From assembly GCA_963701095.1 (NCBI GenBank), contig OY969564.1, forward strand, positions 704,001 through 768,000: a stretch of DNA of 64,000 bases, in the 5' to 3' direction. This stretch comes from an uncultured Methanoregulaceae archaeon (GTDB lineage: Archaea > Halobacteriota > Methanomicrobia > Methanomicrobiales > Methanospirillaceae). The stretch's first letter is position 1. Each line of letters begins with the position of its first letter. Below are positions 40,380 to 50,665 of this stretch, one piece after another. A program made the translations under genes and the position numbers. Under the pieces are notes generated by a model. It saw nothing but the letters and a program-made list of their open reading frames with translations. It ran no database searches and was not told the origin of the DNA.

Positions 40380-41750
40380 TCATCTGTTTTTCCTTTCTTC
40401 GGGAAAACGAAACGCCCCTTTTGGTACGACCATCTCAAAGCGGGCACCCGCCCCGAAAGTCCCGGTTTCCCGGATGACAATACCGGTGATCTCCAGGATC
40501 TCTTTTGCAAGGAAAAGACCATTTGTTTTGACTTTCTGGAATTCGGGAGAAAATATCTGGCTTTTTATATCATCAGGAATGCCTACACCGTCGTCTTCAA
40601 AGGAGATTGTTACAGATTCCGGTCCCATGATATATTCTAACCTCATCCGGGTGGCCTTTTTCCCGTGGATAATGGTGTTATCGGCAAGAACCATCAGGAC
40701 CTGCTCAAGGAGTGGATCGGCAAAGATCTCAAGGTTTTCCAGAGCGGCCTCATGTGTTAGGGTGAGGGAATCCAGGTGGGAGATGGCCATGAGAAACACC
40801 CGGTTGACGTCCTGCCATACCGGGGGCCTGAGGCCAAGATTCTGATAGGTCTGAGCAAATTTCAGAGACTGCGAAATCTTGTTTAAAAGTTCTTCTTCTT
40901 TTGTGAAAACCGACCGGACAGCATTGTCGGTAACCCGGTCTTTTACGAACTGCTGGAATCCCCAGAGGGTAAATACCTCGTTCTGGATCTCGTTGAAGGT
41001 AATATGATTCAGGAGATGCAGTTTTTTCTTTGCCTGATCAAGAGCCTTTTGCTCCTGCATATTCGTGCTGATATCACGTACTACAAGGACGGCGCTTTCG
41101 ATGTTTCCGGAATTATCAAAGACCGGGTCTAAGGTGATATAAAGCCACCCGGTTCCATTCCGCATCGGGACCTCCACGGTTTCCCGGTGTTTACTTTTCA
41201 GCATCGCTTGAAGCGGAGAGGCTCCTGCAGGACATTCAGCACCATGAATTAATTCAACATAGGTACTGCACCTCGCCTGCTTGGCAGTGATCCCTAAAAG
41301 ATTTTCTACCCGCCGGTTTGTTCTGAGGATCCGGCCGTCCGGCGAGATCAGGCATATCCAGTCTGTTATTGCGTTATAGGTCGTTTCCCATTCAGATTTG
41401 CTCCGTGAGAGGGCTTCGTTCTGTTTCCACAGTTCATGTTGCCGGGCCAGAAGCTCTTCATTGGTTTTACGAATCATTTCATTTTTATCCTCCAACCGGC
41501 GGGAAAAATTCCGGATGAGGAGGAAAAGCAGAAAAGCAGTGACCAGAACAAAAACGGTCCCTTTTATGGACTGGTACGTGGCGTATTGCGTTACATTGGG
41601 GACAACCTGGAGGAGGATCCAGTCCGAACAGAAAATCCAGATGAGGCCAAAAACGAGATAAATAAAACATATCTTCACCGGATCAAGGGTAACGATCTGA
41701 CCAAGGCGCCGGGAAATGCTCTTTTGTGCGGGTGAAGTATCTGGTTCCAT
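40380..41750 (-). CDS. Membrane PAS-HATPase sensor with atypical H-box
   Basis: Two TMs, PAS, ITFNEIQNE in place of TRHDIxNQ, ADPLLEQV, DDGVG. Confidence 0.85.
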   Translation of the reverse strand: MEPDTSPAQKSISRRLGQIVTLDPVKICFIYLVFGLIWIFCSDWILLQVVPNVTQYATYQSIKGTVFVLVTAFLLFLLIRNFSRRLEDKNEMIRKTNEELLARQHELWKQNEALSRSKSEWETTYNAITDWICLISPDGRILRTNRRVENLLGITAKQARCSTYVELIHGAECPAGASPLQAMLKSKHRETVEVPMRNGTGWLYITLDPVFDNSGNIESAVLVVRDISTNMQEQKALDQAKKKLHLLNHITFNEIQNEVFTLWGFQQFVKDRVTDNAVRSVFTKEEELLNKISQSLKFAQTYQNLGLRPPVWQDVNRVFLMAISHLDSLTLTHEAALENLEIFADPLLEQVLMVLADNTIIHGKKATRMRLEYIMGPESVTISFEDDGVGIPDDIKSQIFSPEFQKVKTNGLFLAKEILEITGIVIRETGTFGAGARFEMVVPKGAFRFPEERKNR

Positions 41751-41899
41751 GTCCCAATACCCCTACTGGTACATCTGAACTGAATAATAGGTGAATAATA
41801 CCTGATGCCACTTATATAATACTATTGCTATTTTTTTCAGGGTTTTCTTTTTCTTTTTGAGACTTTTGCACATGTTAACGTATGTCTCACCCGACAACT

Positions 41900-42047
41900 A
41901 TGAAAAGAAAGTTCGGAGAATGTCTGAAAGCACGTAAATTCAAAGCACAGATCAAAGAACTCGCGATCAAATTAATCGTCTACAACATCTTGAAAATTAT
42001 TTGCGTGATTTTTATCCAGATTTGTTACTGATGAATTCTTCAGAGCC
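41900..42047 (+). mobile_element. IS remnant: transposase C-terminus and right end (IS5-like, methanogen type)
   Basis: MKRKFGECLKARKFKAQIKELAIKLIVYNI resembles DDE transposase C-termini; followed by TTCTTCAGAGCC, a putative terminal IR. Confidence 0.7.
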
Positions 42048-42103
42048 GTAGCACTCACATTTATATATTCACCTGCAAAATTCATCCTTACTCATCCGAT
42101 CAG

Positions 42104-42457
42104 GTGAAGAAGTTGCAGATCTGCCACACCATATCACAGGGAGTTATCATTGTAACCCCTACTGAATGGCTCGACACCGCCTCCTCCGAGGAGTTTTTGA
42201 AGTACTGCACAGCCTTACCTGCAGGCCCGGTTATCCTAGATCTTTCGAACCTGACCTATATAAGCAGCATCGGCCTCAGGGCATTGCGTCAGTTTGAGAA
42301 GGGACGGAGAGAACAGGGAACAATGGTTGTTATTGCAGGGAGCAGAGGATTTGTCAATTCAGTGATCCGTATGAGTGGATTTGACCAGCTCTTCCTGATG
42401 TACCCCACTGCGGCCGATGCAATTCAGGTCATTGGAAAACCCGACAGCCTTCATTAA
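42104..42457 (+). CDS. STAS domain protein (anti-sigma-antagonist-like)
   Basis: LDTAS, ILDLSNLTYISSIGLRAL, SGFDQLF. Confidence 0.85.
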   Translation: MKKLQICHTISQGVIIVTPTEWLDTASSEEFLKYCTALPAGPVILDLSNLTYISSIGLRALRQFEKGRREQGTMVVIAGSRGFVNSVIRMSGFDQLFLMYPTAADAIQVIGKPDSLH

Positions 42458-42652
42458 TGCCATAAAAATGATTAAACCCATCGTATTCGTTTCTTTCAAA
42501 TTATCCATTCCGTGTTATCAGCATCCCGATACCTATCGCCAAAATACTAAACTTTCGTTATTCAATGTAACAAAGTAAGTATACACCGTACTTTAGATCT
42601 TTTGGTCAATCGGATCAAATCTTTCCTTGAAAAAATGATTTCTGCAGGCCCG

Positions 42653-43144
42653 TTATATCATGGTATCCAGAATAACCTGAGTCTTTCCGTCAGAAAAATG
42701 TCCGGTTGCAACAACATGATTTGTATTATCCAGGCTTCTTATAGGGAGTGTCATACTTGTTCCCACAGGAACAGGGAGACCTGTGAATGGGCCCATCTGT
42801 CCGATTTTCTGATCATTGACGGTTACTGTAATAAATTGAACATTTGCCGCTCCTGGCCCACCGTTATACCAAACCACCGTTGCCGGCTTTGACACCCCTC
42901 CGGGACTGGATGCTGTAGACTCATTTATCGACATTCCAACCGAATAAAATGGATTAATTGTTTGGGTACTCTGAGTAGGATTATAGTTCTGGCTGTTGGA
43001 TGGCCCCGATGTCTGCGAAGCTGAGGCCACATTCCCGCCGGATTGAGACGGAGCATTACTACCGGAAGATTGAACGCATCCGACACAAACTATTCCCACA
43101 AAAAGAGCCAACAAGAGAAACACAACAAGGCAGGACTTCGTCAT
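42653..43144 (-). CDS. Secreted/lipoprotein-like hypothetical protein
   Basis: Hydrophobic leader with VGC, Ser/Gln linker, GGPGA..HVVATGHFSDGKTQVILDT domain. Confidence 0.7.
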   Translation of the reverse strand: MTKSCLVVFLLLALFVGIVCVGCVQSSGSNAPSQSGGNVASASQTSGPSNSQNYNPTQSTQTINPFYSVGMSINESTASSPGGVSKPATVVWYNGGPGAANVQFITVTVNDQKIGQMGPFTGLPVPVGTSMTLPIRSLDNTNHVVATGHFSDGKTQVILDTMI

Positions 43145-43347
43145 AGTTAATAAAAGGGATTTGCCGGTATTTATAATTTAAAATTTGATATTCCCCTTTA
43201 GAAAAATCTCACCTCGCACCAGAATGGGTGCATTTGGTGCACTTCATGCCTGCTTACATTCCTTTATGGGTCTGATATGTGCGCGGTGCAAAGTCTCCAT
43301 GACCGTTGGGGCACAACCGGGGTTTGGATTTCATATAAAATAGTATA

Positions 43348-43794
43348 TTATTTTTGAGAGGAAAACGGTAATCTTCGCCCAAGTTTTTGAGATTTGCACA
43401 TCTGCCAATGTAATGGGGCATCACTTATACTATCCATCCAGACCCACGGCTGGTAGGTGCAGCACATTTCCGGTTTCACCCTATGGATCCCGCAAAGATA
43501 TTTTTCTTTTGCAACCCGACGCAGAAACGGGCAGACGGGGACATACCCGCCAGTTTCCGGGTCACGCATTTCAAAGACCACGACACTTCCCAGATCGCCC
43601 GAGCTCAGGCTGGTGCAGGGGACCGGTGTACTCCCCTGTTCCATAAAAGCCACAAACCAGCGAAGGATATCGATTCTTTCCTGTTCCATCCAGATATACA
43701 CATTAGCGGGAGTCGGTGCTATACCGGGACCGAAAATCCGGCAACAGAGACCGCACTGTTCGCAGGGCTCATCTTCGGGCAGGGGCTCGGGCAT
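43348..43794 (-). CDS. YkgJ family cysteine-cluster protein
   Basis: CEQCGLCC..CPFL..CGIH..KPEMCCTY. Confidence 0.85.
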   Translation of the reverse strand: MPEPLPEDEPCEQCGLCCRIFGPGIAPTPANVYIWMEQERIDILRWFVAFMEQGSTPVPCTSLSSGDLGSVVVFEMRDPETGGYVPVCPFLRRVAKEKYLCGIHRVKPEMCCTYQPWVWMDSISDAPLHWQMCKSQKLGRRLPFSSQK

Positions 43795-43957
43795 GGTCGC
43801 TTCCTTCCACTATTCACCCGTGAGAAGGATAAGAGTTTTTACTGCTGATTTTGTGGACAATCCGGAGAATCAGGAAAATATCTCGCCGGAAGAATTGAGA
43901 ATAGCATATATCCCGAAACAGAAAGATTCATCATTCCGGCGGGCAAGAACCGTCCAT

Positions 43958-44755
43958 ATGACCGACGCGTTAACCTGGTACCTGTCGGGAATGAGTTTCC
44001 AGGCCGAAAACCAGCATGAAAAAGCACTTCACGCGTTTGGTGAGTCACTAACGCTCGATCCGGGAAATGCCGGGGCCTGGGTCGGCATGGGAATGGCCCA
44101 GGCACAGCTGGGTGAGTACCAGGAAGCAATCCAGTCATTTGACCGGGCACTTGCCCTTGGCGACCAAAACCCCTTTGTCTGGTACAGCCGCGGTGTTGCA
44201 TTCCACCTTCTTGGCAATGACGATGAAGCGATCCTGTCTTATAACCGGGCGCTTGCTATCGAAACATCAAACGCTCTTACCTGGACAGGGCTTGGTGATT
44301 CTTTACGCACCCTTGAACGATACGAATGTGCACGCGAAGCGTATGGAAAAGCACTTGATATTGACCCAGAGACCGTCCCGGCCCTTCTCGGCTTTGGCAT
44401 GGTCGCATTTGAGCTTGGCGAATACCAGCACGCACAGGAATACTGCCAGAAGATCCTGGCAATCTCACCGGCACACCTGGTCGCGCTTGCCCTTTCCGGT
44501 ATGTCACTTGTCGAGAGAAAATCCTACAACCAGGCCATATCTGTTTTTGACCGGGCTCTTACCGTCGATAACCAGTTTGCCCCGGCGATCTCTGGAAAAG
44601 CCCAGGCATTGTGTGAACTTGGCAGATTCAACGATGCACTCCGGCTCTTTGAACAGGTAATCCAAATCGATCCCGCTCTTCCGGATGCCTGGATTGGTAA
44701 AGGAATGGCACTTGGCAAGTTGGGCAGGCACGAAACGGCGATGACAGACTTTTGA
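43958..44755 (+). CDS. TPR protein, N-terminal part (gene 43958-46175, frameshift in T-run ~44750)
   Basis: Serial TPR motifs (AW..G..L..EA...D.AL..DP). Confidence 0.85.
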   Translation: MTDALTWYLSGMSFQAENQHEKALHAFGESLTLDPGNAGAWVGMGMAQAQLGEYQEAIQSFDRALALGDQNPFVWYSRGVAFHLLGNDDEAILSYNRALAIETSNALTWTGLGDSLRTLERYECAREAYGKALDIDPETVPALLGFGMVAFELGEYQHAQEYCQKILAISPAHLVALALSGMSLVERKSYNQAISVFDRALTVDNQFAPAISGKAQALCELGRFNDALRLFEQVIQIDPALPDAWIGKGMALGKLGRHETAMTDF

Positions 44756-44762
44756 CCAGGCA

Positions 44763-46175
44763 TTGGCACTCGATCCGGAGTGTGCAGCAGTCTGGTACGC
44801 TGAAGGACCCGTATTCCGGTTCTCCTGCAGGCTTGAAAAACGGATCCCGGGTATAACACGAATGTTACCTGCCACGCCGGGTTCAGCCGGTGATTTGGGA
44901 AGCCCTGGTGCTGAACTGTTGCGATCGGAGCAATACGAAGACGCTGTACGGGCATTCGATCAGGAAATCGAAGCAGACCGGAATTCCGCCAACCTCTGGT
45001 GCAACCGGGGTGTTGCACTTGATGCTCTGGGAAGGCATCACGAAGCGGTTATATCGTATACGAATGCGCTCAATATCGATCCCGGCATGGTGGCCGCGGG
45101 ATATAACCGGGGACTCACGGAATGCGACCTCGCCCAGTATGAGGCCGCACTCGTCTCTTTCGACAAAGCGGAAGCGCTCGAACCTGACACTGCCATGATC
45201 TGGATGGCAAAGGCACACACGTACAACAAAATGTATCTTTTTGAGGAGGAGCTCGCAGCATACGATACGGCAATTGCACGGGATCCGAATTTTTCGATTG
45301 CCTGGCACGACCGCGGCGTTGTTCTTCACCAGATGAACCAGAACCTGGAGGCACTCAAATCATTCGAACAGGCTGTTTCCATTGACCGGGGGCTTGCAGC
45401 ATCATGGTTTAACAAAGCGTGCCTGCATGGCCGGGACGGCGCGTACGGAATTGCACTGCAGGCATTTGATCTTCTGATGTCCATAGATACAAAGAACGCA
45501 CTTGCGTGGTTCTGTGAAAGCCTGGTCCTCATTAACCTGGGAAAAACAAACCAGGGAAAGAAAGCGTTCATCCGTGCCACCCAACTGGAACAGGGTTTTT
45601 CCCTCCTGAGACGCTCGTCTGGCGGAGCGATATTTTTTACGCGCAAAAACCGGCTGTTTGTACTCAGGCTGGATCGCTGGGTCCGGTCATTCCAGGATCC
45701 CTCCCTGATCTGGTTCAGGAAAGGAACCGAGCTGTTCCAGAATCAGAAGAGCCAGGAAGCCATCGACGCATTTAACCGTTCGCTCCTGCTCAACCCTGAA
45801 AACGCCCGTACCTGGTTTTATCTTGCACAGGCATGTTCCCGTCTGGGCCGGTATGTGCAGGCACTCGAGGCCTATGGTCACGCAATCGCAATTGATCCCC
45901 TCAATACAGCAGCCTGGAACAACAAAGGCCTGATTCACCGGCGGTTGCACCAGGAAAACGCCGCTATTGCTTCGTTCAGCCGTTCCCTTGCTATCGACCC
46001 ATCTTATTTTAACGGCTGGTACAATATCGGTCTTATCTTCCTTGATCGACAGGAATACGGTAAGGCCCGTGAGGCATTTGATCATGCACTTGTCCTGCGG
46101 CCGGATGATCCCCGGGCACGTAACCGGCAGAAATATGCTATGCAGGGAGAGGGAAAAGTCTCTATTGAACCGTAA
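44763..46175 (+). CDS. TPR protein, C-terminal part
   Basis: Continues DQALALDP; many TPR repeats. Confidence 0.85.
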   Translation: MALDPECAAVWYAEGPVFRFSCRLEKRIPGITRMLPATPGSAGDLGSPGAELLRSEQYEDAVRAFDQEIEADRNSANLWCNRGVALDALGRHHEAVISYTNALNIDPGMVAAGYNRGLTECDLAQYEAALVSFDKAEALEPDTAMIWMAKAHTYNKMYLFEEELAAYDTAIARDPNFSIAWHDRGVVLHQMNQNLEALKSFEQAVSIDRGLAASWFNKACLHGRDGAYGIALQAFDLLMSIDTKNALAWFCESLVLINLGKTNQGKKAFIRATQLEQGFSLLRRSSGGAIFFTRKNRLFVLRLDRWVRSFQDPSLIWFRKGTELFQNQKSQEAIDAFNRSLLLNPENARTWFYLAQACSRLGRYVQALEAYGHAIAIDPLNTAAWNNKGLIHRRLHQENAAIASFSRSLAIDPSYFNGWYNIGLIFLDRQEYGKAREAFDHALVLRPDDPRARNRQKYAMQGEGKVSIEP

Positions 46176-46187
46176 AATCTCTTTTGT

Positions 46188-47108
46188 TTACCCGTAATTG
46201 GTGATAAGGAGTTCATTGACGAAACCGCGCCGGGCCCCGTTGCAGTTAATCATCCGTTTTGCCGGCACCCTCCTGATAGAAAATCCGTCGTACAGATCTT
46301 CAAAAAAGGAGTCATTGGGATCGGAATTACTGAGCATAATCATCGCCCCTTTCCGGTCCAGATCCCGGAAAAAATGCGCGAGGCGTTCCTGGTCGCTATC
46401 GGAGAAACCGGCACGTGAATAGGACGTAAACGAGGATGTTGAATTGAGCGGCCGGTACGGGGGATCGAGATAAACGAATGTACTATCGTCAACAGCGCTC
46501 CTGCACCGGGTAAAATCACCACATATGATCCGGGTGTTTTTGAGCATGGCCGCAACTTTTTCCAGATTATCAAGGTCGTAGATCACCGGGTTCTTGTATC
46601 GACCAAAAGGTACATTAAACCCACCATTCCGGTTGACACGGAACAGGCCATTGTAGCAGGTATGATTAAGAAAAATGATGTGGGCAGAACGCTGTATCCA
46701 GCGGCTGGTGTAATGGCCGAAATCAACCGTTGCCCGGTTCCTGTTGAACGATTCCCGGACTGCATAATAGAACGCTTCCTTTTGCTGACTGTTTTTTTCC
46801 CGGTATGCAGACTCAAGTGTCGCAAGTTCCTCGGAAAGACGAGGAAGGGATCTGCGGATAACCCGGTAGACGATGATGAGCTCTTCGTTGACATCAGATA
46901 CTGTACTCTGCTCAAAAGAAAACAGCCGGTTTAACGAGAAAAAGACGGCACCCCCGCCGATGAACGGCTCAACATAACGGGTGATTTTTCCGTCCCGAAG
47001 AGCGGTACGTGGCAGAAACCGGGAGAACTCGTCAAGTAACTGCGATTTTCCCCCGGCCCATTTCAGGAATGGTCGGGCCCCGGAATCCCGATTACATTGT
47101 CGTGCCAT
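46188..47108 (-). CDS. dam: DNA adenine methyltransferase (Dam/D12 class), orphan
   Basis: PFLKWAGGK, YVEPFIGGGAVFF, NGLFRVN..FNVPFG, DPPY. Confidence 0.92.
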   Translation of the reverse strand: MARQCNRDSGARPFLKWAGGKSQLLDEFSRFLPRTALRDGKITRYVEPFIGGGAVFFSLNRLFSFEQSTVSDVNEELIIVYRVIRRSLPRLSEELATLESAYREKNSQQKEAFYYAVRESFNRNRATVDFGHYTSRWIQRSAHIIFLNHTCYNGLFRVNRNGGFNVPFGRYKNPVIYDLDNLEKVAAMLKNTRIICGDFTRCRSAVDDSTFVYLDPPYRPLNSTSSFTSYSRAGFSDSDQERLAHFFRDLDRKGAMIMLSNSDPNDSFFEDLYDGFSIRRVPAKRMINCNGARRGFVNELLITNYG

Positions 47109-47277
47109 ACGGATCGAACGTACCAGTATCCTGTAAATATGACATTCATCGGTTATGATACTTCCACGAAATACCGGCCGTGAAGCTTTTCCTTTTCTCT
47201 TGATCTAAAACCTTCCCTTTTTATGCCCGCGAAACGGATGTACAGAACAAAGAACAGCATTCACCAGACGTCATACC

Positions 47278-48197
47278 ATGAGTACATTTACCCGGATCCA
47301 GAACTTCCGATCAACGATCAATTTCAGGCTTTTTTTGTTGTATCTCGCTATTGTGCTCATTATCCCGGCAATCTCAACCATCTTTGAATACCTCATTTCG
47401 GTCAATCCCGGGCTGCGTTCTGAGCTTCAGCTCGACATGGAAAACTTCCATATCTACCAGATATTTACCACGTCGTTTGTGCATCTCAATTTTGATCATT
47501 TCCTCGCAAACGTAACGGCCTACCTCTTAATCGCCATTTATGGTCTGGTTCTTGCAACGCTGATTAACCGGAAAAAGCTGTATGTAGTCCTGAGTAAGGT
47601 CATCGTCATAATATTCCTGGTCTTTGGTGCATGTTTTGCCGTGTTCAACGCGACCACCAGTTATTATGTCGGGCTTTCGGGTATTGATTCGGCACTCGCC
47701 GGGCTGCTGCTCATTTTCTGGTTGGTATACCTCGAACATACATCCCAGAAAAGGATGCGCACCTATTACGGGCTTGTGTTCTGTTGCGTGCTTGCGCTTT
47801 CTGCCGGCATCATTGCGCGATATATTATTCTGTACCATAATTATCACAACATCCCGTTACTTGCGTCGCTTGCCACAGTTATCGCTGTACTGCTGATTGC
47901 TATTTTCTGGTTTCGGCACCAGTTTATCGAACTGTACGACGTTATGCGCAGCTTTACCTGGTCTGCCAGGCTCATCACCATCGCGATTGTACTTATCTTT
48001 GCGTACTTTATCTGGAACCTGTTCCCGGAGCAGCTGGGAAATTACTCAACCGGGCGGTGAGCATCTCGCTCCATATTGCCGGCGTCATCATCGGTATCCT
48101 CGCCGGATATCTTTTCCTTGTTTACTTTGAACGGATTGCCTATTTCAAGCGGGAAAAAGAGGTCGTTTTAGAAAAACTTCCGGTTAAGGAAACCTGA
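47278..48197 (+). CDS. Rhomboid-like intramembrane serine protease (frameshift ~48050)
   Basis: FVHLNFDHFLAN, GLSG; the shifted frame supplies SISLHIAGVIIG (catalytic His) to stop 48197. Confidence 0.7.
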
Positions 48198-48206
48198 AAA
48201 AAGGGC

Positions 48207-48779
48207 TTATTCCATTCCGGCAAGTATTTCGTCGGTTGTGCGGACCCGGCCCATTCTTTTGAAAATGTAGTTTACAGCATTGTGGTGTTGTTCAGCTGAC
48301 ATCGACGACATCGCATCTTCGGCAAAAATCTGCTGGAAACCAAATTCGTAGGCAAACCGTGCCGTACTCTCGACGCCGTAATCTGTCGCTATACCGCACA
48401 GGACAATGGTGTCCATGCCCCTCCTGCGGAGCTGGAGCTCGAGATCGGTGCCGTAGAATGCTCCCCATTGTTTTTTCCCTATCACAATATCCGTGGTCGC
48501 GTGCCCGATCTCCGGGATAAACTCGGACCAGTCCGGAGGCATGGGCCCGGTGCGGGAGAACGTTTCATCGCTTTGGACCTTCAGCATCGTCTCCGGCGTT
48601 GAGACGACATGGACAAGAAAGACCGGCATCCCGTTTTTCCGGAACGCGGCTATAAGCCTAGCTGCATTCCTGACCACATCTTTTGCAGTATGGGGTTGTG
48701 TAGGCCGGGTTGCTATACCTTTCTGGAGATCGATAACCACAAGGGCAGTTGTGTTTTTACTCATTTCCAATGCCGGCAT
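48207..48779 (-). CDS. Isochorismatase/cysteine hydrolase family protein
   Basis: ALVVIDLQ, KKQWGAF, GIATDYGVESTAR. Confidence 0.9.
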   Translation of the reverse strand: MPALEMSKNTTALVVIDLQKGIATRPTQPHTAKDVVRNAARLIAAFRKNGMPVFLVHVVSTPETMLKVQSDETFSRTGPMPPDWSEFIPEIGHATTDIVIGKKQWGAFYGTDLELQLRRRGMDTIVLCGIATDYGVESTARFAYEFGFQQIFAEDAMSSMSAEQHHNAVNYIFKRMGRVRTTDEILAGME

Positions 48780-48842
48780 CTGATGTTCACTCAGGGAAGA
48801 TAGGAGGGTGTCCGCTATTTATTGGCTGTGGTAGTGATGGTA

Positions 48843-49943
48843 TTATACCCGGCACACTTTTTTTAAGCGTTCACCAAGCCACGGGACGAAATCCTTTTTC
48901 CTTGACATGACACCGGGCAGCCGGACGGGTAATGGCTCGCCAAAAATTTCCCGAAGGAGCAGAGGATCACCTACACCATAGAGGTCGCTAGCGTTTTCAA
49001 GAACATTGGTGAACAACGCAAGCGAAAAGGAGATACCTGCAGCAGACCGGGCTTGTTCCAGTGCCGCTGCAATTGCGTCATCCCGTGCGCGGTTCCAGGC
49101 AAAAGATGGAACCATGACCTGGGCGATTTGGACACTTTTTTCCGAAAGCGTAAAAAGTTTTGAGTCCCGGGAAAGAAGGACGTCAAGGGGTACACCAGAC
49201 AGGTCCATGCCCTGTTCAAGCAGGGAAACGCCCAATTTCTCCGGGTCTTCACCGACAATCGACGCAAGATATTTTACCGCTTTTTTATCCTGGTGGGTTG
49301 TTGTTGACATCCGTAGCGACAGGGTATCGGAAAGGATACCACAGAGGAGAACACCCGCGATCTCCCGGGATGGGACAAGGCCGGCTTCCAGGAATTTCAT
49401 GGCAATAATGGTGGAAGTTGCGCCTACCGGATCGTTAAAAAACCGGATGGGCCGCAGCGTCGTGATCGCTCCCAGCCGGTGGTGGTCAATGATCTCCACA
49501 ACGTCAGCTTCTTCGATACCGGGGACTGCTTGGGAAGCTTCGTTGTGGTCGAGAAGAATAACCGGGCGGCGGACATTATCAAGTAACGTCGTCCGTGTCA
49601 GGATACCCATGAGTTTTCCCTGGCCCGATACAACACATGCTGCCCGGAACATCGAGCCGGAAACGACCTGCCGGGCGCGGGCAATAGTTTCGGTGCATGC
49701 AAGGACCGGGACATTGGTTTCCATCACTTCCCGGGCGGGGAGCGAGAGATTGATCATTTTTCCTACACCGAATGCATCCAGGTGCGTGGAAAGAACCGAA
49801 ACCCCCCGCTGCTGTGCAGCCCCGATAACCCGGTTCCCTACCGGCGCACCTTCAGCGATGATTAGAGCTGCAATCCCGGCAGAGACAAGAGCGAGTTGGG
49901 CCGGTTCGTTGTCGCCGACAACCGCGATATCTTTTTCCGTCAT
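48843..49943 (-). CDS. ppaC: Mn-dependent inorganic pyrophosphatase (DRTGG-CBS-DHH-DHHA2), C-terminal part
   Basis: LLDHNE, IIDHHR, ILSDT, SRKK. Confidence 0.88.
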   Translation of the reverse strand: MTEKDIAVVGDNEPAQLALVSAGIAALIIAEGAPVGNRVIGAAQQRGVSVLSTHLDAFGVGKMINLSLPAREVMETNVPVLACTETIARARQVVSGSMFRAACVVSGQGKLMGILTRTTLLDNVRRPVILLDHNEASQAVPGIEEADVVEIIDHHRLGAITTLRPIRFFNDPVGATSTIIAMKFLEAGLVPSREIAGVLLCGILSDTLSLRMSTTTHQDKKAVKYLASIVGEDPEKLGVSLLEQGMDLSGVPLDVLLSRDSKLFTLSEKSVQIAQVMVPSFAWNRARDDAIAAALEQARSAAGISFSLALFTNVLENASDLYGVGDPLLLREIFGEPLPVRLPGVMSRKKDFVPWLGERLKKVCRV

Positions 49944-50467
49944 TTTTGCGAGGGTGACGTGCAGGGCATCGATAGCAATATAGACCCGTCCTTCAAGGAT
50001 CGGATGAGATTGTACAATGATGTGGGCACAAAGAACCGGGCAAACGTTTCTATGGGCACAGGGGTGACCGAGAGTGCGGCAAGGTGAAGGGTCCCGATAT
50101 AGGCATTAGCAAGCGCATGTTCGCCAATCATGCCGGCGGGTTTGCCTTCCGGATCCGTAATAACGACATTCCGGATCCCCTCTTTTGCCATAAGGGCAGC
50201 GACATCGACGGTGGGAATATCCTCGGGAAGGGCAAAGACCTGTTTATAGCTGATATCGGCAAGTGTCGGTTCTACTGACGGGATATAAACAGGTGCAGGC
50301 ATACTGTACCGGTCGAGCATAAACCGGGATTCACCGTTGATCTCCCCGCACCGTGCCGGGACGTACCGGCCGGGTTCAGACCGGTTTTTAAAATCCGCGT
50401 ACCCTAGAACGCTTGCGATGCTGTCGGTATCAGGCTGCCGGTGGCCGATGCAATAGATCTGGTTCAT
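49940..50467 (-). CDS. ppaC: Mn-dependent inorganic pyrophosphatase, N-terminal part (frameshift ~50037)
   Basis: GHRQPDTDS, CBS domain; shifted frame LEGRVYIAIDALHVTLAKMTEKD links to the downstream ORF. Confidence 0.85.
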   Translation of the reverse strand: MNQIYCIGHRQPDTDSIASVLGYADFKNRSEPGRYVPARCGEINGESRFMLDRYSMPAPVYIPSVEPTLADISYKQVFALPEDIPTVDVAALMAKEGIRNVVITDPEGKPAGMIGEHALANAYIGTLHLAALSVTPVPIETFARFFVPTSLYNLIRSLKDGSILLSMPCTSPSQK

Positions 50468-50665
50468 AGTACCTCAAAGAAGAAGAACAGCTGTTGCTGC
50501 AATACGTGCGCCGTCCGGGTTCATAAGCTCTGGGCTTGAGATTTCGTGCTGTCACCTGCCAAATCCTTTTCATGTGCCCCTTCTAACCGGATCATTACGT
50601 GTGTACCTCTATAATTGCCAAATTAACACAAGGTGACAACCGCATTTTAAAAAGGGAGATCTGAT

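Noticed and set aside
43457..43957. N-terminal extension of the TPR ORF
   Set aside because: Overlaps the YkgJ gene antisense; TPR pattern begins at ATG 43958
37399..47108. Integrated provirus or plasmid spanning the prim-pol and dam genes
   Set aside because: No integrase, att repeats or structural genes; intervening genes are cellular
49006..49983. 325-aa plus-strand ORF, and similar long antisense ORFs (e.g. 15905-16546, 51666-52340, 61644-62243)
   Set aside because: Shadow frames opposite well-supported genes, with no motifs
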